DNA of 29,301 nt, taken from Klebsiella phage ST16-OXA48phi5.3. The DNA lies in the sequence record MK416014.1, one strand, 5' to 3'. The position numbers were made by a program, and so were the translations under genes. This document shows positions 1 through 7,541 of the stretch, in pieces (position 1 is the first letter of the stretch; every line of letters begins with the position of its first letter). The notes below the pieces were generated by a model. It ran no database searches. It was given only the letters and a program-made list of their open reading frames with translations, and had not been told where the DNA came from.

Positions 1-104
1 GCGGCTTTATCCGGGCAGACGGCATCGACCTGGTGGCCAATCATCTGCAGTGCCTGAAAAGGAACCATCGTTTCGTAATCTTCGGCAAGGTGTGGGCTTT
101 GCAC
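1..104 (-). CDS. N-terminal fragment of a flanking host gene running off the window; DJ-1/PfpI/YhbO-like family. Start is ATG at 66-68 or GTG at 102-104.
   Basis: Minus-strand translation of 1-104 gives ..[35 protein letters not shown]. This matches the conserved N-terminal (D/E)-F/Y-E...P...L...GHxV motif of DJ-1/PfpI proteins as I recall them (YhbO: ITDEFEDSEFTSPADEFRKAGHEV). The frame is open to the window edge and GC is normal, unlike the adjacent AT-rich arm. No clear SD. Confidence 0.4.
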   Translation of the reverse strand, partial: MQSPHLAEDYETMVPFQALQMIGHQVDAVCPDKA

Positions 105-109
105 ATGGT

Positions 110-300
110 TGAGATTGTTCAGACAAGAATGAATACGGTTAGATGTTTATGTATATGATTTTTTATTATTATTTTAGTTGTGCTGACAATTGTTGCGCAT
201 GGTTGTACATGATTTGATATTGTTGTTTATGTTCGTTCATGCGATATTGAGTACAGAATAAGTACATAAAATACCAAAGTGATGAGTACAGAAAACTAAC
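110..300. promoter_or_regulatory. AT-rich prophage attachment-site arm upstream of int. Direct repeats are candidate integrase arm-type sites; the int promoter is probably here.
   Basis: About 25-30% GC over 190 bp. 11-bp direct repeat TGAGTACAGAA at 248-258 and 283-293, with a third AGTACA at 261-266. TGTTTATGT at 144-152 and 225-233. Lies immediately 5' of a P4/DUF4102-type integrase. Confidence 0.45.
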
Positions 301-1482
301 ATGGCAATCAGTGACACAAAGCTTCGCTCTATCTATGGTAAACCATATTCTGGGCCTGCTGAAATTACGGATTCTGACGGGCTTGGAGTTCGCATAACCC
401 CCAAAGGCGTGATCAGCTTTCAGTTTAGGTTCCGATGGGAAGGAAAGCAGAACCGAATGGGGCTTGGGCGCTACCCAGCGCTGACGCTGCGCGATGCCCG
501 CAATATCGTTGCAGACCTGAGGGAGTCGGCAGACAAAGGCATTGACCCCCGAACGCTGGCTGGTGCAAACAAATCCAAGAGTAAGCCAACGGTAAAGGAT
601 TGCCTGGATTACTGGAAGGAAAATTACGTTGACGTAACGTTAAGGGCTAAGACGATAGCGCTTTATAAGTCAACGGTTATAAAGCACATGCGTGACGCTT
701 TTCCCGGTATTCCGGTTGAGGATATCCCAGTCCGCTTGTGGGTTGAGAGGTTTACCGAAGAGGAGAAAATCAATCCTCGCCGAGCCCGGCATTTATTGAT
801 ACAGCTCAGGTCCGCCATTGGTTGGTGTACGCGGCGACAGTTCGTTAGCACAACCGAGCTCATGCTTTTGCAGCCGAAAGACATCGGTGTTAAACCTGTG
901 ATTGGAGAGACCACACTCAGCTATAACCAGCTTGCCAAAATTTGGATGGCTATAGAAAGAAGTCGAGGGTCAACTTCTAACCGATTGCTTCATCAATTGC
1001 TAATGCTGTACGGTGCCAGGAATAGCGAACTTCGGCTGGCTATAAGGGGTGAATTTGACCGAGAGGAGGGGTTATGGGTTGTTCCGGCAGAGAAAAGCAA
1101 AACCAACAAAATTATCAGGCGCCCAATTTTCTCCGCGGCAGATGATTTGCTGAAAAAAGCTGAAATGACGTATGGGGATATACTTTTCCCGGGCGAGGAC
1201 CTGAAAAGCCCTATAACTATTTCTGGTGCAAATAAATTTCTGAGAAGAATCAAAGACTCGTTGGGGTTTGGTGAGTTTACTTCACATGATTTCCGGCGCA
1301 CCTTGGCAACCCGGCTATCCGAAGAGGGGGTTGCCCCGCACGTCATCGAAAAAATGCTGGGGCATGAGCTTGGTGGCGTGCTTTCTGTCTATAACAAGCA
1401 TGACTGGATTGCCGAACAGAAAGACGCCTACGATCTGTATGCTGAAAAGATATTCTGGCATATCAGGAAGATTTCTGGTTGA
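301..1482 (+). CDS. int: Tyrosine site-specific integrase with an N-terminal Arm-binding DUF4102-like domain.
   Basis: 393 aa. N-terminus GLGVRITPKGVISFQFRFRWEGKQNRMGLGRYPALTLRDARNIVADLRESADKGIDPR is typical of P4-type integrase arm domains. C-terminus HDFRRT..LGH...Y matches the catalytic R..HxxR..Y signature. Confidence 0.9.
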   Translation: MAISDTKLRSIYGKPYSGPAEITDSDGLGVRITPKGVISFQFRFRWEGKQNRMGLGRYPALTLRDARNIVADLRESADKGIDPRTLAGANKSKSKPTVKDCLDYWKENYVDVTLRAKTIALYKSTVIKHMRDAFPGIPVEDIPVRLWVERFTEEEKINPRRARHLLIQLRSAIGWCTRRQFVSTTELMLLQPKDIGVKPVIGETTLSYNQLAKIWMAIERSRGSTSNRLLHQLLMLYGARNSELRLAIRGEFDREEGLWVVPAEKSKTNKIIRRPIFSAADDLLKKAEMTYGDILFPGEDLKSPITISGANKFLRRIKDSLGFGEFTSHDFRRTLATRLSEEGVAPHVIEKMLGHELGGVLSVYNKHDWIAEQKDAYDLYAEKIFWHIRKISG

Positions 1483-1654
1483 CGCCCCCGTTTAAGATCC
1501 ACTCCACAATAGCAGAGCGCAGATACTGTTTAGGGTAGGTCCGGACCGGCTTGGGGAAATTATAGCGCTCGGTGTATTTCCGGATGGTCACGCGTGAAGA
1601 TACTCGGATCATCCGCATCGCCTCTTCCTCGTCAATCATTTCAATGTCTACCAT
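1463..1654 (-). CDS. xis: Excisionase / AlpA-family HTH DNA-binding protein.
   Basis: ORF 1463-1705; likely start at ATG 1654 (MVDIEM..) preceded by GAGGTGAG. MIRVSSRVTIRKYTE..FPKPVRTYPKQYLRSAIVEWIL resembles AlpA/Xis HTH proteins. Overlaps the int 3' end convergently. Confidence 0.6.
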   Translation of the reverse strand: MVDIEMIDEEEAMRMIRVSSRVTIRKYTERYNFPKPVRTYPKQYLRSAIVEWILNGGVNQKSS

Positions 1655-1664
1655 ATTACTCACC

Positions 1665-1811
1665 TCACACCACTTCCAGGCCACGACAGTGGCACCACAC
1701 TTCATACATCCGCTTAACTACTTCCCGGCTGTAGTAGCCGTGACCGTCTCGCGTTAGGTCATAGCGGCCGCCGTAGCGCAGTCTGATCCATATCTCAAAT
1801 TCTCTATTCAT
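1665..1811 (-). CDS. Hypothetical 48-aa protein; small ORF not in the supplied track.
   Basis: ATG at 1811 with GGAG 8 nt upstream; MNREFEIWIRLRYGGRYDLTRDGHGYYSREVVKRMYEVWCHCRGLEVV. Its TGA (1665-1667) sits inside the SD of xis, suggesting translational coupling. Confidence 0.35.
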   Translation of the reverse strand: MNREFEIWIRLRYGGRYDLTRDGHGYYSREVVKRMYEVWCHCRGLEVV

Positions 1812-1883
1812 GACACTAACTCCGAAACAGCCAGGCTATGGCAAACGCACAACCGACGATGCTGAACGCCGTAGGCCAGTCCA

Positions 1884-2768
1884 TCACTTCACCTCCTGCG
1901 GGGCGGCTGCAAGCATATGGGACCAAATTAACCTGCGCGTCTGGCGCATTGCACAATCAGGATCATCCCAAGCGTGGTGCTGGCATCCTGAATTATGCAG
2001 CATCATTGCTTCTGTCGGCTCCTTCGGCACCATCACGTAACCATCCGGAATTACCTGAGAGTTGCCAGCTAATTCAGCGCAGATTCTGGCAGTAGCCTTG
2101 CACCCTGAGCATTCGCACTCTGGCAGATAACCGTGATCGATTGGGCTTTGCGCCGGAGCGACGTCGTTTTGCGCCGGGCAGCAATCGGATTGCGCCGGAG
2201 AGTTTCCAGCCTGCAGCATGGCGGCGCGGCAGGCGTTTTCTGCAATATCTGCGCATTCCTCAACGATATCGCGTGCGCTTTCCGGGAACTCAGATAGGCA
2301 TGCACGTATCGCTGTCGCGGCATCCGGCACTACCGGCGCTGGCAGCGGCAACATGGCTTTGAATGCTTCGATATTAGCGTCGTATTCTGCGCGCTCTTCT
2401 GGAGCCATAGCCTCAAGTTCTGCGTGATGCTCAGCCCTGCGTTGAATAGCCTCCAGAACAAGTCTGGTTTTAACGCCTTTACCGAAGCGCATTCCCGGCT
2501 CCAGTAATACCGGGCAGGGCAACACTTCGGGATATTCCGGGGCTGGCTGCGCGGCATATACAGGCAAGGTGCAAGCCTTATTGAAATCTCTCCTTGCCAG
2601 GATATGCGGATAACCGGCATCAAAGTCTGATTTGCTGATATGCGCCACCGGCTCGCTGTCCATTGCGGCCAGCGCCATGCGGGCAAGTTCTTTGCTTTCA
2701 CCATGCTTCAGGAATCCATCTTCTGAAATTTCCTGCAGGCGCCCTCTGGTTATGGCTGTTTTGGTCAT
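1884..2768 (-). CDS. Hypothetical Cys-rich early protein; possibly Ead/Ea22-like by position next to int-xis.
   Basis: 294-aa ORF. Its start overlaps the upstream gene's stop (ATGA). Contains CxxC clusters (CECSGC, CC) and a C-terminal VPKEPTEAMM..W motif I associate with lambdoid Ea22/DUF550-type proteins (from memory, unverified). Confidence 0.6.
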   Translation of the reverse strand: MTKTAITRGRLQEISEDGFLKHGESKELARMALAAMDSEPVAHISKSDFDAGYPHILARRDFNKACTLPVYAAQPAPEYPEVLPCPVLLEPGMRFGKGVKTRLVLEAIQRRAEHHAELEAMAPEERAEYDANIEAFKAMLPLPAPVVPDAATAIRACLSEFPESARDIVEECADIAENACRAAMLQAGNSPAQSDCCPAQNDVAPAQSPIDHGYLPECECSGCKATARICAELAGNSQVIPDGYVMVPKEPTEAMMLHNSGCQHHAWDDPDCAMRQTRRLIWSHMLAAAPQEVK

Positions 2769-2989
2769 CGCTTAGCCTCCCGGATCAGATGCTTGTAAGC
2801 CCGCAGGGCGTGATGTGTCTTGCCGCTTAAAATCGTTTTCATAATGAAAAAACCGCTGCTCTGGCTTGTCATTTCAGGCGTGAGAAGCAATGCGACATCA
2901 ATCGCCCGGTTGTGCCGGCGGAACTCAAATACAGTGCTGGTGACCGTGATGACTGATACCGAACCTTGATCATTAAACTCAACCTTCAC
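2765..2989 (-). CDS. Hypothetical 75-aa protein.
   Basis: Frame of ORF 2765-3055; probable GTG start at 2989 with GGAGG 9 nt upstream, which avoids a long overlap with rha. Stop overlaps the downstream start (ATGA). Confidence 0.4.
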   Translation of the reverse strand: MKVEFNDQGSVSVITVTSTVFEFRRHNRAIDVALLLTPEMTSQSSGFFIMKTILSGKTHHALRAYKHLIREAKR

Positions 2990-3713
2990 AATGTTTTTCC
3001 TCCCATCCGATAGCCTGAAAGAGTCCCATTTTCGGGTGATACCAACGGGTCCCACGTGGTTCGGCTTCTGCCATCATTTGGCGGAATGCTTTCATAAAAG
3101 GTTCAAACTCCACGATAGCCCGCCGTGAGAGCAGGCCGTCAGGTGTCATAAACTCGTGAGTATCGGTGGGGATACGGTATGCGTTAACAAGGTTTCGGCA
3201 CTTGGCATCGGTCATGCCGCTTTTTGCGACCACCTGGCGATAACCGACATACCCGGGCCGCATATTTCCTCGCTTAATGTTTTCGACAGCTTCCGCGACG
3301 GTTTCAACCTGTTCTTCAACCTGGTAGAGGCGTCGCTCCTGCTCAACATTCAGCAGGGCCATTTCAGCGATCAGCTCTGCCTGCGATTTTGGCCGTGAGC
3401 GTTCTTCTTCCAGCTCTTTCCAGCGATCTACCAGCCTGGCGGTAAACTCGGGGCTAAGTTGCGCGACCACAATGATGCTGTCACGCTTCCCTTCTTCACC
3501 TGAGAATTTGTAAACCTCGTCATTGACGGCAAATCCTAAGTTATTGATTCTTTCGAGAACCTCAATTTGAGGAGACCGGATAACATCCTTCGAAGCCAGT
3601 GTCACAATGGTTCGTTTCACGTTGTCGTGGCGTTTCTCTACCAGCTCGGCGATCTCAAGGCTGGTCATAGATGGTTTGTTAGTGATCAAGTTATTCATCA
3701 TCATTCCCCTCAA
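2979..3713 (-). CDS. rha: Phage regulatory protein Rha (antirepressor-like) with an N-terminal Rha domain.
   Basis: 244 aa; N-terminus MTSLEIAELVEKRHDNVKRTI matches the Rha family signature (SxEIAELxGKxHxNVxRDI). Confidence 0.8.
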   Translation of the reverse strand: MRGMMMNNLITNKPSMTSLEIAELVEKRHDNVKRTIVTLASKDVIRSPQIEVLERINNLGFAVNDEVYKFSGEEGKRDSIIVVAQLSPEFTARLVDRWKELEEERSRPKSQAELIAEMALLNVEQERRLYQVEEQVETVAEAVENIKRGNMRPGYVGYRQVVAKSGMTDAKCRNLVNAYRIPTDTHEFMTPDGLLSRRAIVEFEPFMKAFRQMMAEAEPRGTRWYHPKMGLFQAIGWEEKHCEG

Positions 3714-4288
3714 TGCATAATCGGTGCTTCTGGCACACCTTCGATCTGGATGTGTTCGATAAAGCTGTCATGGAGGAGGTTAAGCCCCTCCCGGCCAAGT
3801 GCTGATAACCTGAACCCAAATTCTGCGTCAGCAATAACCATGTCCTGATACATCCGCAGCGCCAGCTGCTGGCCAACCTCTGGCCCATATTTCTCGATTG
3901 CCCCCAGCTCAATATGGTTGGCGAGTGCAAAGCGTTCAGGTCCCGGATAGGCGCTAATGGCGCCATGCTTGCTGGAATAGATAACAGCAGTATCAACACC
4001 GCCAGTATCATTCGGAACGTCGACAGTTCCGTTTTTCTCCAGCTCCTCAGTGATGAACACGGCAGCCAGTAGCCAGCGCCAGAGGATCAACTCTTTTTCG
4101 ATATTGAGCGTGATCCAGTTGCTTTCTACCGCTTCCATGATGCAGGCCAGAATTTTCATTCCATCGGCAAGGTGTTTGTCATAGCGACCGTTATCCAGCA
4201 GGCGAATAGCAGCGGAGTAGCCTATCACCCGGTTTCCAGACCGGATCCCTGTAGAGGTTGGTTCCGGGTTAAGCATGTTGTGAAGCAT
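3710..4288 (-). CDS. Hypothetical phage early protein (192 aa).
   Basis: Long ORF in the leftward operon with stop/start overlaps to its neighbours. No family recognised. Confidence 0.65.
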   Translation of the reverse strand: MLHNMLNPEPTSTGIRSGNRVIGYSAAIRLLDNGRYDKHLADGMKILACIMEAVESNWITLNIEKELILWRWLLAAVFITEELEKNGTVDVPNDTGGVDTAVIYSSKHGAISAYPGPERFALANHIELGAIEKYGPEVGQQLALRMYQDMVIADAEFGFRLSALGREGLNLLHDSFIEHIQIEGVPEAPIMH

Positions 4289-4709
4289 TGCGCACCTCTG
4301 CTGGTTTGCTGGCCTGAAGTTCTTCGCGCTCTTTCACGTAGCGGTCGTGCATGGCATCCCACTTTTCGCACCACTTCTGCATTTCTCTTTTGCGGGCGAG
4401 GATGCGACGCAGCCGGCGAACGGTGCGCTGGTGGGCGTTAAAATATTCCAGGGTGACGGCGCCACGTTGCCAGCTACTCAGTTCTGGATTCAGTGGATGA
4501 ATTACCTGCACGTCCGGATAACGCTGCTTGAAACCAGAACGCCCAAAAGCTCGGGAGGTCATGAAGAACGCCAGGTAACGAATTGCGGTATCCCGGCTGA
4601 AGCACCGCTTCATGCGTCCGTGGCGGATCGCGGCGAACAGATCACCAACTGGCGTTGGGTGCTTTTGCAACGCCAGGTCAATGGCGCTGACAGTTCTGTT
4701 GTCAATCAT
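4269..4709 (-). CDS. Hypothetical phage early protein (146 aa).
   Basis: ORF with ATGA overlap to the upstream gene. Basic C-terminal half (RRLRRILARKREMQKW). Confidence 0.6.
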   Translation of the reverse strand: MIDNRTVSAIDLALQKHPTPVGDLFAAIRHGRMKRCFSRDTAIRYLAFFMTSRAFGRSGFKQRYPDVQVIHPLNPELSSWQRGAVTLEYFNAHQRTVRRLRRILARKREMQKWCEKWDAMHDRYVKEREELQASKPAEVRNASQHA

Positions 4710-4924
4710 TTGTCTTTCTCCCGGTTATAGGTTTCATGACTCATAACTTCCCAGTTCCGGCCATCGTCTTTCGATAACAGGCGCCAGCGTGGGTTAACCT
4801 TCAGGCTGAGGTAGCCGGTGCGGCGCATTCGCCGCGGGAATATCCGCCGGCGCCGATACCGCAGCAGGACCTGCAGCGCCTGCAGGTGAACCCTCTCAGG
4901 AATTCGTATTGCTGTCAGTGCCAC
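4706..4924 (-). CDS. Hypothetical small arginine-rich protein (72 aa, GTG start).
   Basis: GTG at 4924 preceded by GAGGAGG at 5-nt spacing. Very basic (LRYRRRRIFPRRMRRTGY). Overlaps neighbours by 29 nt and 4 nt. Confidence 0.45.
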   Translation of the reverse strand: MALTAIRIPERVHLQALQVLLRYRRRRIFPRRMRRTGYLSLKVNPRWRLLSKDDGRNWEVMSHETYNREKDK

Positions 4925-5150
4925 CAGCTACCTCCTCAAGTCTCAGCTCCATTTCTCGCGCCATTTCGATAAACGTGGCCAGTGTGCAAATGTGCTCGTC
5001 GTCGAACAGCTGGTGGTCGCATATCACCCTCCCGTTCTCGATGTGCACGACTACCCGCCCGGTAAAATCAGGGTGGACATGCAGATCCACGTTCAACACG
5101 GGGCGGGGGATCAGCACACCCTGATAGAGCATTGTTTGCTGGTTATTCAT
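4896..5150 (-). CDS. Hypothetical 84-aa protein.
   Basis: ORF in the operon; its start overlaps the upstream stop by 8 nt. Confidence 0.5.
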   Translation of the reverse strand: MNNQQTMLYQGVLIPRPVLNVDLHVHPDFTGRVVVHIENGRVICDHQLFDDEHICTLATFIEMAREMELRLEEVAGGTDSNTNS

Positions 5151-5508
5151 TGCCGGACTCCGCAGTAACTGGTTTCTGCTTTTTGACGAACTCCACCAGT
5201 TCAGAAATAAGCTCGTCGATTAACTCTTTCCCGCTTTCTGTGAGGAATTCGCCGCTGCCATTAACATCAACAGAGTTGCTGTAAATTCCCTTAAGAGCTT
5301 TCACACCTTCCACATTTCCGTACTCACCGAGCGCCAGTCGCTCGAATTTCCGCAACAATCCATCAAGAAGAATCTCAGTTAATTCGATAGTACTAATCCC
5401 ACCCTTGTTAAGCTTAATGACAAGTAAGCTACTCCCAGTCTTTCGCTGGTGGCGTAACAAGGCTGCTTTTAAAATTCGGCGGCGATAGGTAGTAATTAAG
5501 TTACTCAT
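5143..5508 (-). CDS. Hypothetical 121-aa protein.
   Basis: Good SD (AAGGGGT) upstream of ATG 5508. Lower-GC block. Confidence 0.6.
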   Translation of the reverse strand: MSNLITTYRRRILKAALLRHQRKTGSSLLVIKLNKGGISTIELTEILLDGLLRKFERLALGEYGNVEGVKALKGIYSNSVDVNGSGEFLTESGKELIDELISELVEFVKKQKPVTAESGNE

Positions 5509-5733
5509 CTAATTACCCCTTCTTTTGTGTTCTTCATTTTGCTGTACAATCTTTTCCTCTTTTTCCATCCATGAATAGACCTCGCCAGCAAGGTCATATG
5601 CAAGACCTAAAACCCCATCAAGTTGATGGCAGTCAAAGTCCTTGTGATGTGTGAAAATTGTCTGCATAAGGAAGTTAGGTTGCTCAGCCTTAATGGTGAC
5701 GCACTGAATATCTTGGCGGCGCTGCATACCCAT
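5509..5733 (-). CDS. Hypothetical 74-aa protein.
   Basis: SD GGGAGG upstream of ATG 5733; immediately abuts the next gene. Confidence 0.5.
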   Translation of the reverse strand: MGMQRRQDIQCVTIKAEQPNFLMQTIFTHHKDFDCHQLDGVLGLAYDLAGEVYSWMEKEEKIVQQNEEHKRRGN

Positions 5734-5735
5734 AA

Positions 5736-5843
5736 TTACCTCCCGTAGGCTTTACGCAGATAAAGGCCTGCTATTATTTCGTGCCCGTTAGCTGCATAAA
5801 GCAGGGCGGTTTTATATGCGTTGCGGTCAATAATGAAACTCAT
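5736..5843 (-). CDS. Hypothetical 35-aa micro-ORF.
   Basis: ATG 5843 with GAGGT SD. Its stop TAA lies 2 nt before the next ATG and its last codons form that gene's SD. MSFIIDRNAYKTALLYAANGHEIIAGLYLRKAYGR. Confidence 0.3.
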   Translation of the reverse strand: MSFIIDRNAYKTALLYAANGHEIIAGLYLRKAYGR

Positions 5844-5977
5844 AACAAATACCTCGCAATATTTAGGGGGCAAGAACCCCCGGCACCCCAAGGCCGTTCT
5901 AAACTGGTTTCGTAATTAGCCTATTTTATTCTCGATAGCCTTAAGATCAGTGCAAAGTTCACGAGCATAGTCAAATA

Positions 5978-6328
5978 TCACAGCTGACATATGGCACGCG
6001 GGGTTGTCATTGTCCTCGTCAGTAAAAAAAACTCACTATAAGTTTGCGCGACTGCTTCAAGTTTTTTAGCAGTAAGAATCACATCGAATATATCATCAGT
6101 CAGATCGTTTCTGTCCGCTACAGGTATGCAGGGTTTGACTGAATTAATATGACTCTTAATATATCCGTTCATGTTATCTACGGTCTTTTGCATTGAACGA
6201 ATTAGGCTGTTTATAGAACAATCCGTTTCGTAATTCTCGTTACTTTTTTTATAGATCTCCTCCAGAAGAACAGTGTTTTCTATTATGTCTGATACAAACA
6301 CTTCAAGCATTTGGATTGGAGTTTTCAT
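5978..6328 (-). CDS. AT-rich hypothetical acidic protein (116 aa). First gene of the leftward PL-type operon, in the N position but not N-like.
   Basis: About 35% GC, against ~50% background. Directly downstream of two perfect operators. SD GAGGTG before ATG 6328. An A8/T8 tract at 6024-6031 lies near its 3' end. Confidence 0.6.
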   Translation of the reverse strand: MKTPIQMLEVFVSDIIENTVLLEEIYKKSNENYETDCSINSLIRSMQKTVDNMNGYIKSHINSVKPCIPVADRNDLTDDIFDVILTAKKLEAVAQTYSEFFLLTRTMTTPRAICQL

Positions 6329-6362
6329 TGTTCACCTCACACAAGTATTGAGCGCTTACTAA

Positions 6363-6426
6363 ATCAAGTTAAACTTGATAGTGAGAGGTTAGCTTTATGA
6401 TTTTATGCAGTCAAGTTAAACTTGAT
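6363..6426. promoter_or_regulatory. OL-type operator pair with PL; two copies of the 17-bp palindrome ATCAAGTT-N-AACTTGAT.
   Basis: ATCAAGTTAAACTTGAT at 6363-6379 is a perfect inverted repeat. gTCAAGTTAAACTTGAT at 6410-6426 matches 16/17. Centres are 47 bp apart. The same motif recurs in OR (7282-7298). Confidence 0.7.
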
Positions 6427-6462
6427 TGTTTTTTTTGGTATAGGTAGATTTAAAAGGGAGGA

Positions 6463-6481
6463 ACGGGCAAAAGCCCGTTGT
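6463..6481 (-). terminator. Candidate stem-loop 3' of cI.
   Basis: AACGGGC-aaaa-GCCCGTT hairpin 10 nt after the cI stop. The following U-tract on the minus strand is weak (tcctcccttttaaa). Confidence 0.3.
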
Positions 6482-6491
6482 CTATCAATAA

Positions 6492-7166
6492 TTAACCGAA
6501 TCTGTTAATGTTGAAAGGAACTGATGAGATAACTTTTGACTGGATGTAGAGCATATCCAAGGCATCCTTCTCGATGCTCCAAGATTGGTAATTCGAGTTG
6601 TCAGATAATACTACAATTTTGCTGCCTATTTTTTGCAGCCTCTTTACATAACATTCACCTTCAAAACAAAAAGCATAAATCCCGTCACCATCGAAGTATG
6701 TTATTGTTTTATCTAGAAATAATAAATCACCCGGTGCTATTGTTGGCGACATGCTATCACCCCTGGCATTGCCAATCTCAATGTTCTTGAAGGGTCTGTT
6801 GCCTACAACTTGACGAGCGTACTCGGGGTCTAACTCTATGGAGCGGACCACATCAATGAAGTCACTTTTCACGCTAACTCCATCACCACAACTGAATTCA
6901 ATATCTAATACTTTGAATTTAACGCTATCAGTATCTCCTTTTTGAGCGGACGCAGGGAAGGTGGCGGGTTGTCCCTCACCCAGAAACCAGGATTGTGGGT
7001 AACCACTGATTTCAGAAAGCTGGGCTAATCTCTTACCCCTTGGGACAGTGTCTCCCTTCGTCCAGTAGACAACCGTCTGCGTGCTAACCCCTAACTGACG
7101 AGCCAGCTCGGCTTTACTCCACCCTTTTTCCTTCAGAAGTTCTTGAATCATGTTTGCCGTGGCCAC
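6492..7166 (-). CDS. cI: CI-like prophage repressor: XRE-type HTH plus C-terminal S24 (LexA-like) peptidase domain.
   Basis: 224 aa. N-terminal HTH (WSKAELARQLGVSTQTVVYWTKG). C-terminal GDSMSPTI (catalytic Ser) and ..VKRL.. (Lys) define the S24 autocleavage module. GTG start 7166 with GGAGAG SD. Divergent from cro. Confidence 0.9.
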   Translation of the reverse strand: MATANMIQELLKEKGWSKAELARQLGVSTQTVVYWTKGDTVPRGKRLAQLSEISGYPQSWFLGEGQPATFPASAQKGDTDSVKFKVLDIEFSCGDGVSVKSDFIDVVRSIELDPEYARQVVGNRPFKNIEIGNARGDSMSPTIAPGDLLFLDKTITYFDGDGIYAFCFEGECYVKRLQKIGSKIVVLSDNSNYQSWSIEKDALDMLYIQSKVISSVPFNINRFG

Positions 7167-7216
7167 TGTATCTCTCCAAAAGTTTCATTAAAGCCATTAT
7201 CTAAAGCAATGCTTGA

Positions 7217-7298
7217 TCTCAAGTTTAACGCATGGTTTTACTTCTTGCATGTTAATTAAATCTTGATATAGACTCATTCAAATAAAGTTTAACTTGAT
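7217..7298. promoter_or_regulatory. OR operators with the rightward promoter PR, inside the divergent cI-cro intergenic region (PRM region).
   Basis: PR has -35 TTGCAT at 7245-7250, a 16-bp spacer and -10 TATAGA at 7267-7272. The near-perfect operator ATAAAGTTTAACTTGAT at 7282-7298 overlaps the start region. Half-sites TCAAGTTTAAC at 7217-7229 and CTTGATA at 7262-7268. Confidence 0.6.
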
Positions 7299-7306
7299 GG
7301 TGATTT

Positions 7307-7540
7307 ATGAACGAAGAGATTCGGGTGAAATTGTGTGCCATTACTTCCCAAAGAGCGATTGCTCTAGGCTTGGGAGTAACTCCCCAGGCAGTGAATCAGT
7401 GGTTTGCTAAGTCTGTAATCCCTGCTCGCTTTGTATTGAAACTTTGCGAATTTGTCGGCTGGGCCATTACCCCTCATCAGGTTCGCCCTGACTTGTATCC
7501 AAGCGAGCTTGATGGGATGCCACGAACTGCAGAGGTGTGA
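7307..7540 (+). CDS. cro: Cro-like / YdaS-type HTH regulator.
   Basis: 77 aa, divergent from cI across the operator region. Contains GLGVTPQAVNQWFAKSVIPARFVLKL, a Cro/YdaS-type HTH. Confidence 0.75.
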   Translation: MNEEIRVKLCAITSQRAIALGLGVTPQAVNQWFAKSVIPARFVLKLCEFVGWAITPHQVRPDLYPSELDGMPRTAEV

Positions 7541-7541
7541 C

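Noticed and set aside
1-160. Plus-strand reading of the first 160 nt as the 3' end of a gene entering the window.
   Set aside because: The three plus frames give short, low-complexity peptides with early stops. The minus frame gives a clean DJ-1/PfpI-like N-terminus, which I preferred.
2330-2704. 124-aa minus ORF and several plus ORFs (1810-2427) overlapping the 294-aa early gene.
   Set aside because: These are alternative frames of, or antisense to, the longer ORF that has proper operon context (stop/start overlaps on both sides).
5978-6328. Possibility that the PL-proximal gene is a lambda N-type antiterminator.
   Set aside because: The product is acidic and lacks the N-terminal arginine-rich motif. 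I also found no boxA/boxB-like nut hairpin immediately upstream. Position alone is insufficient.
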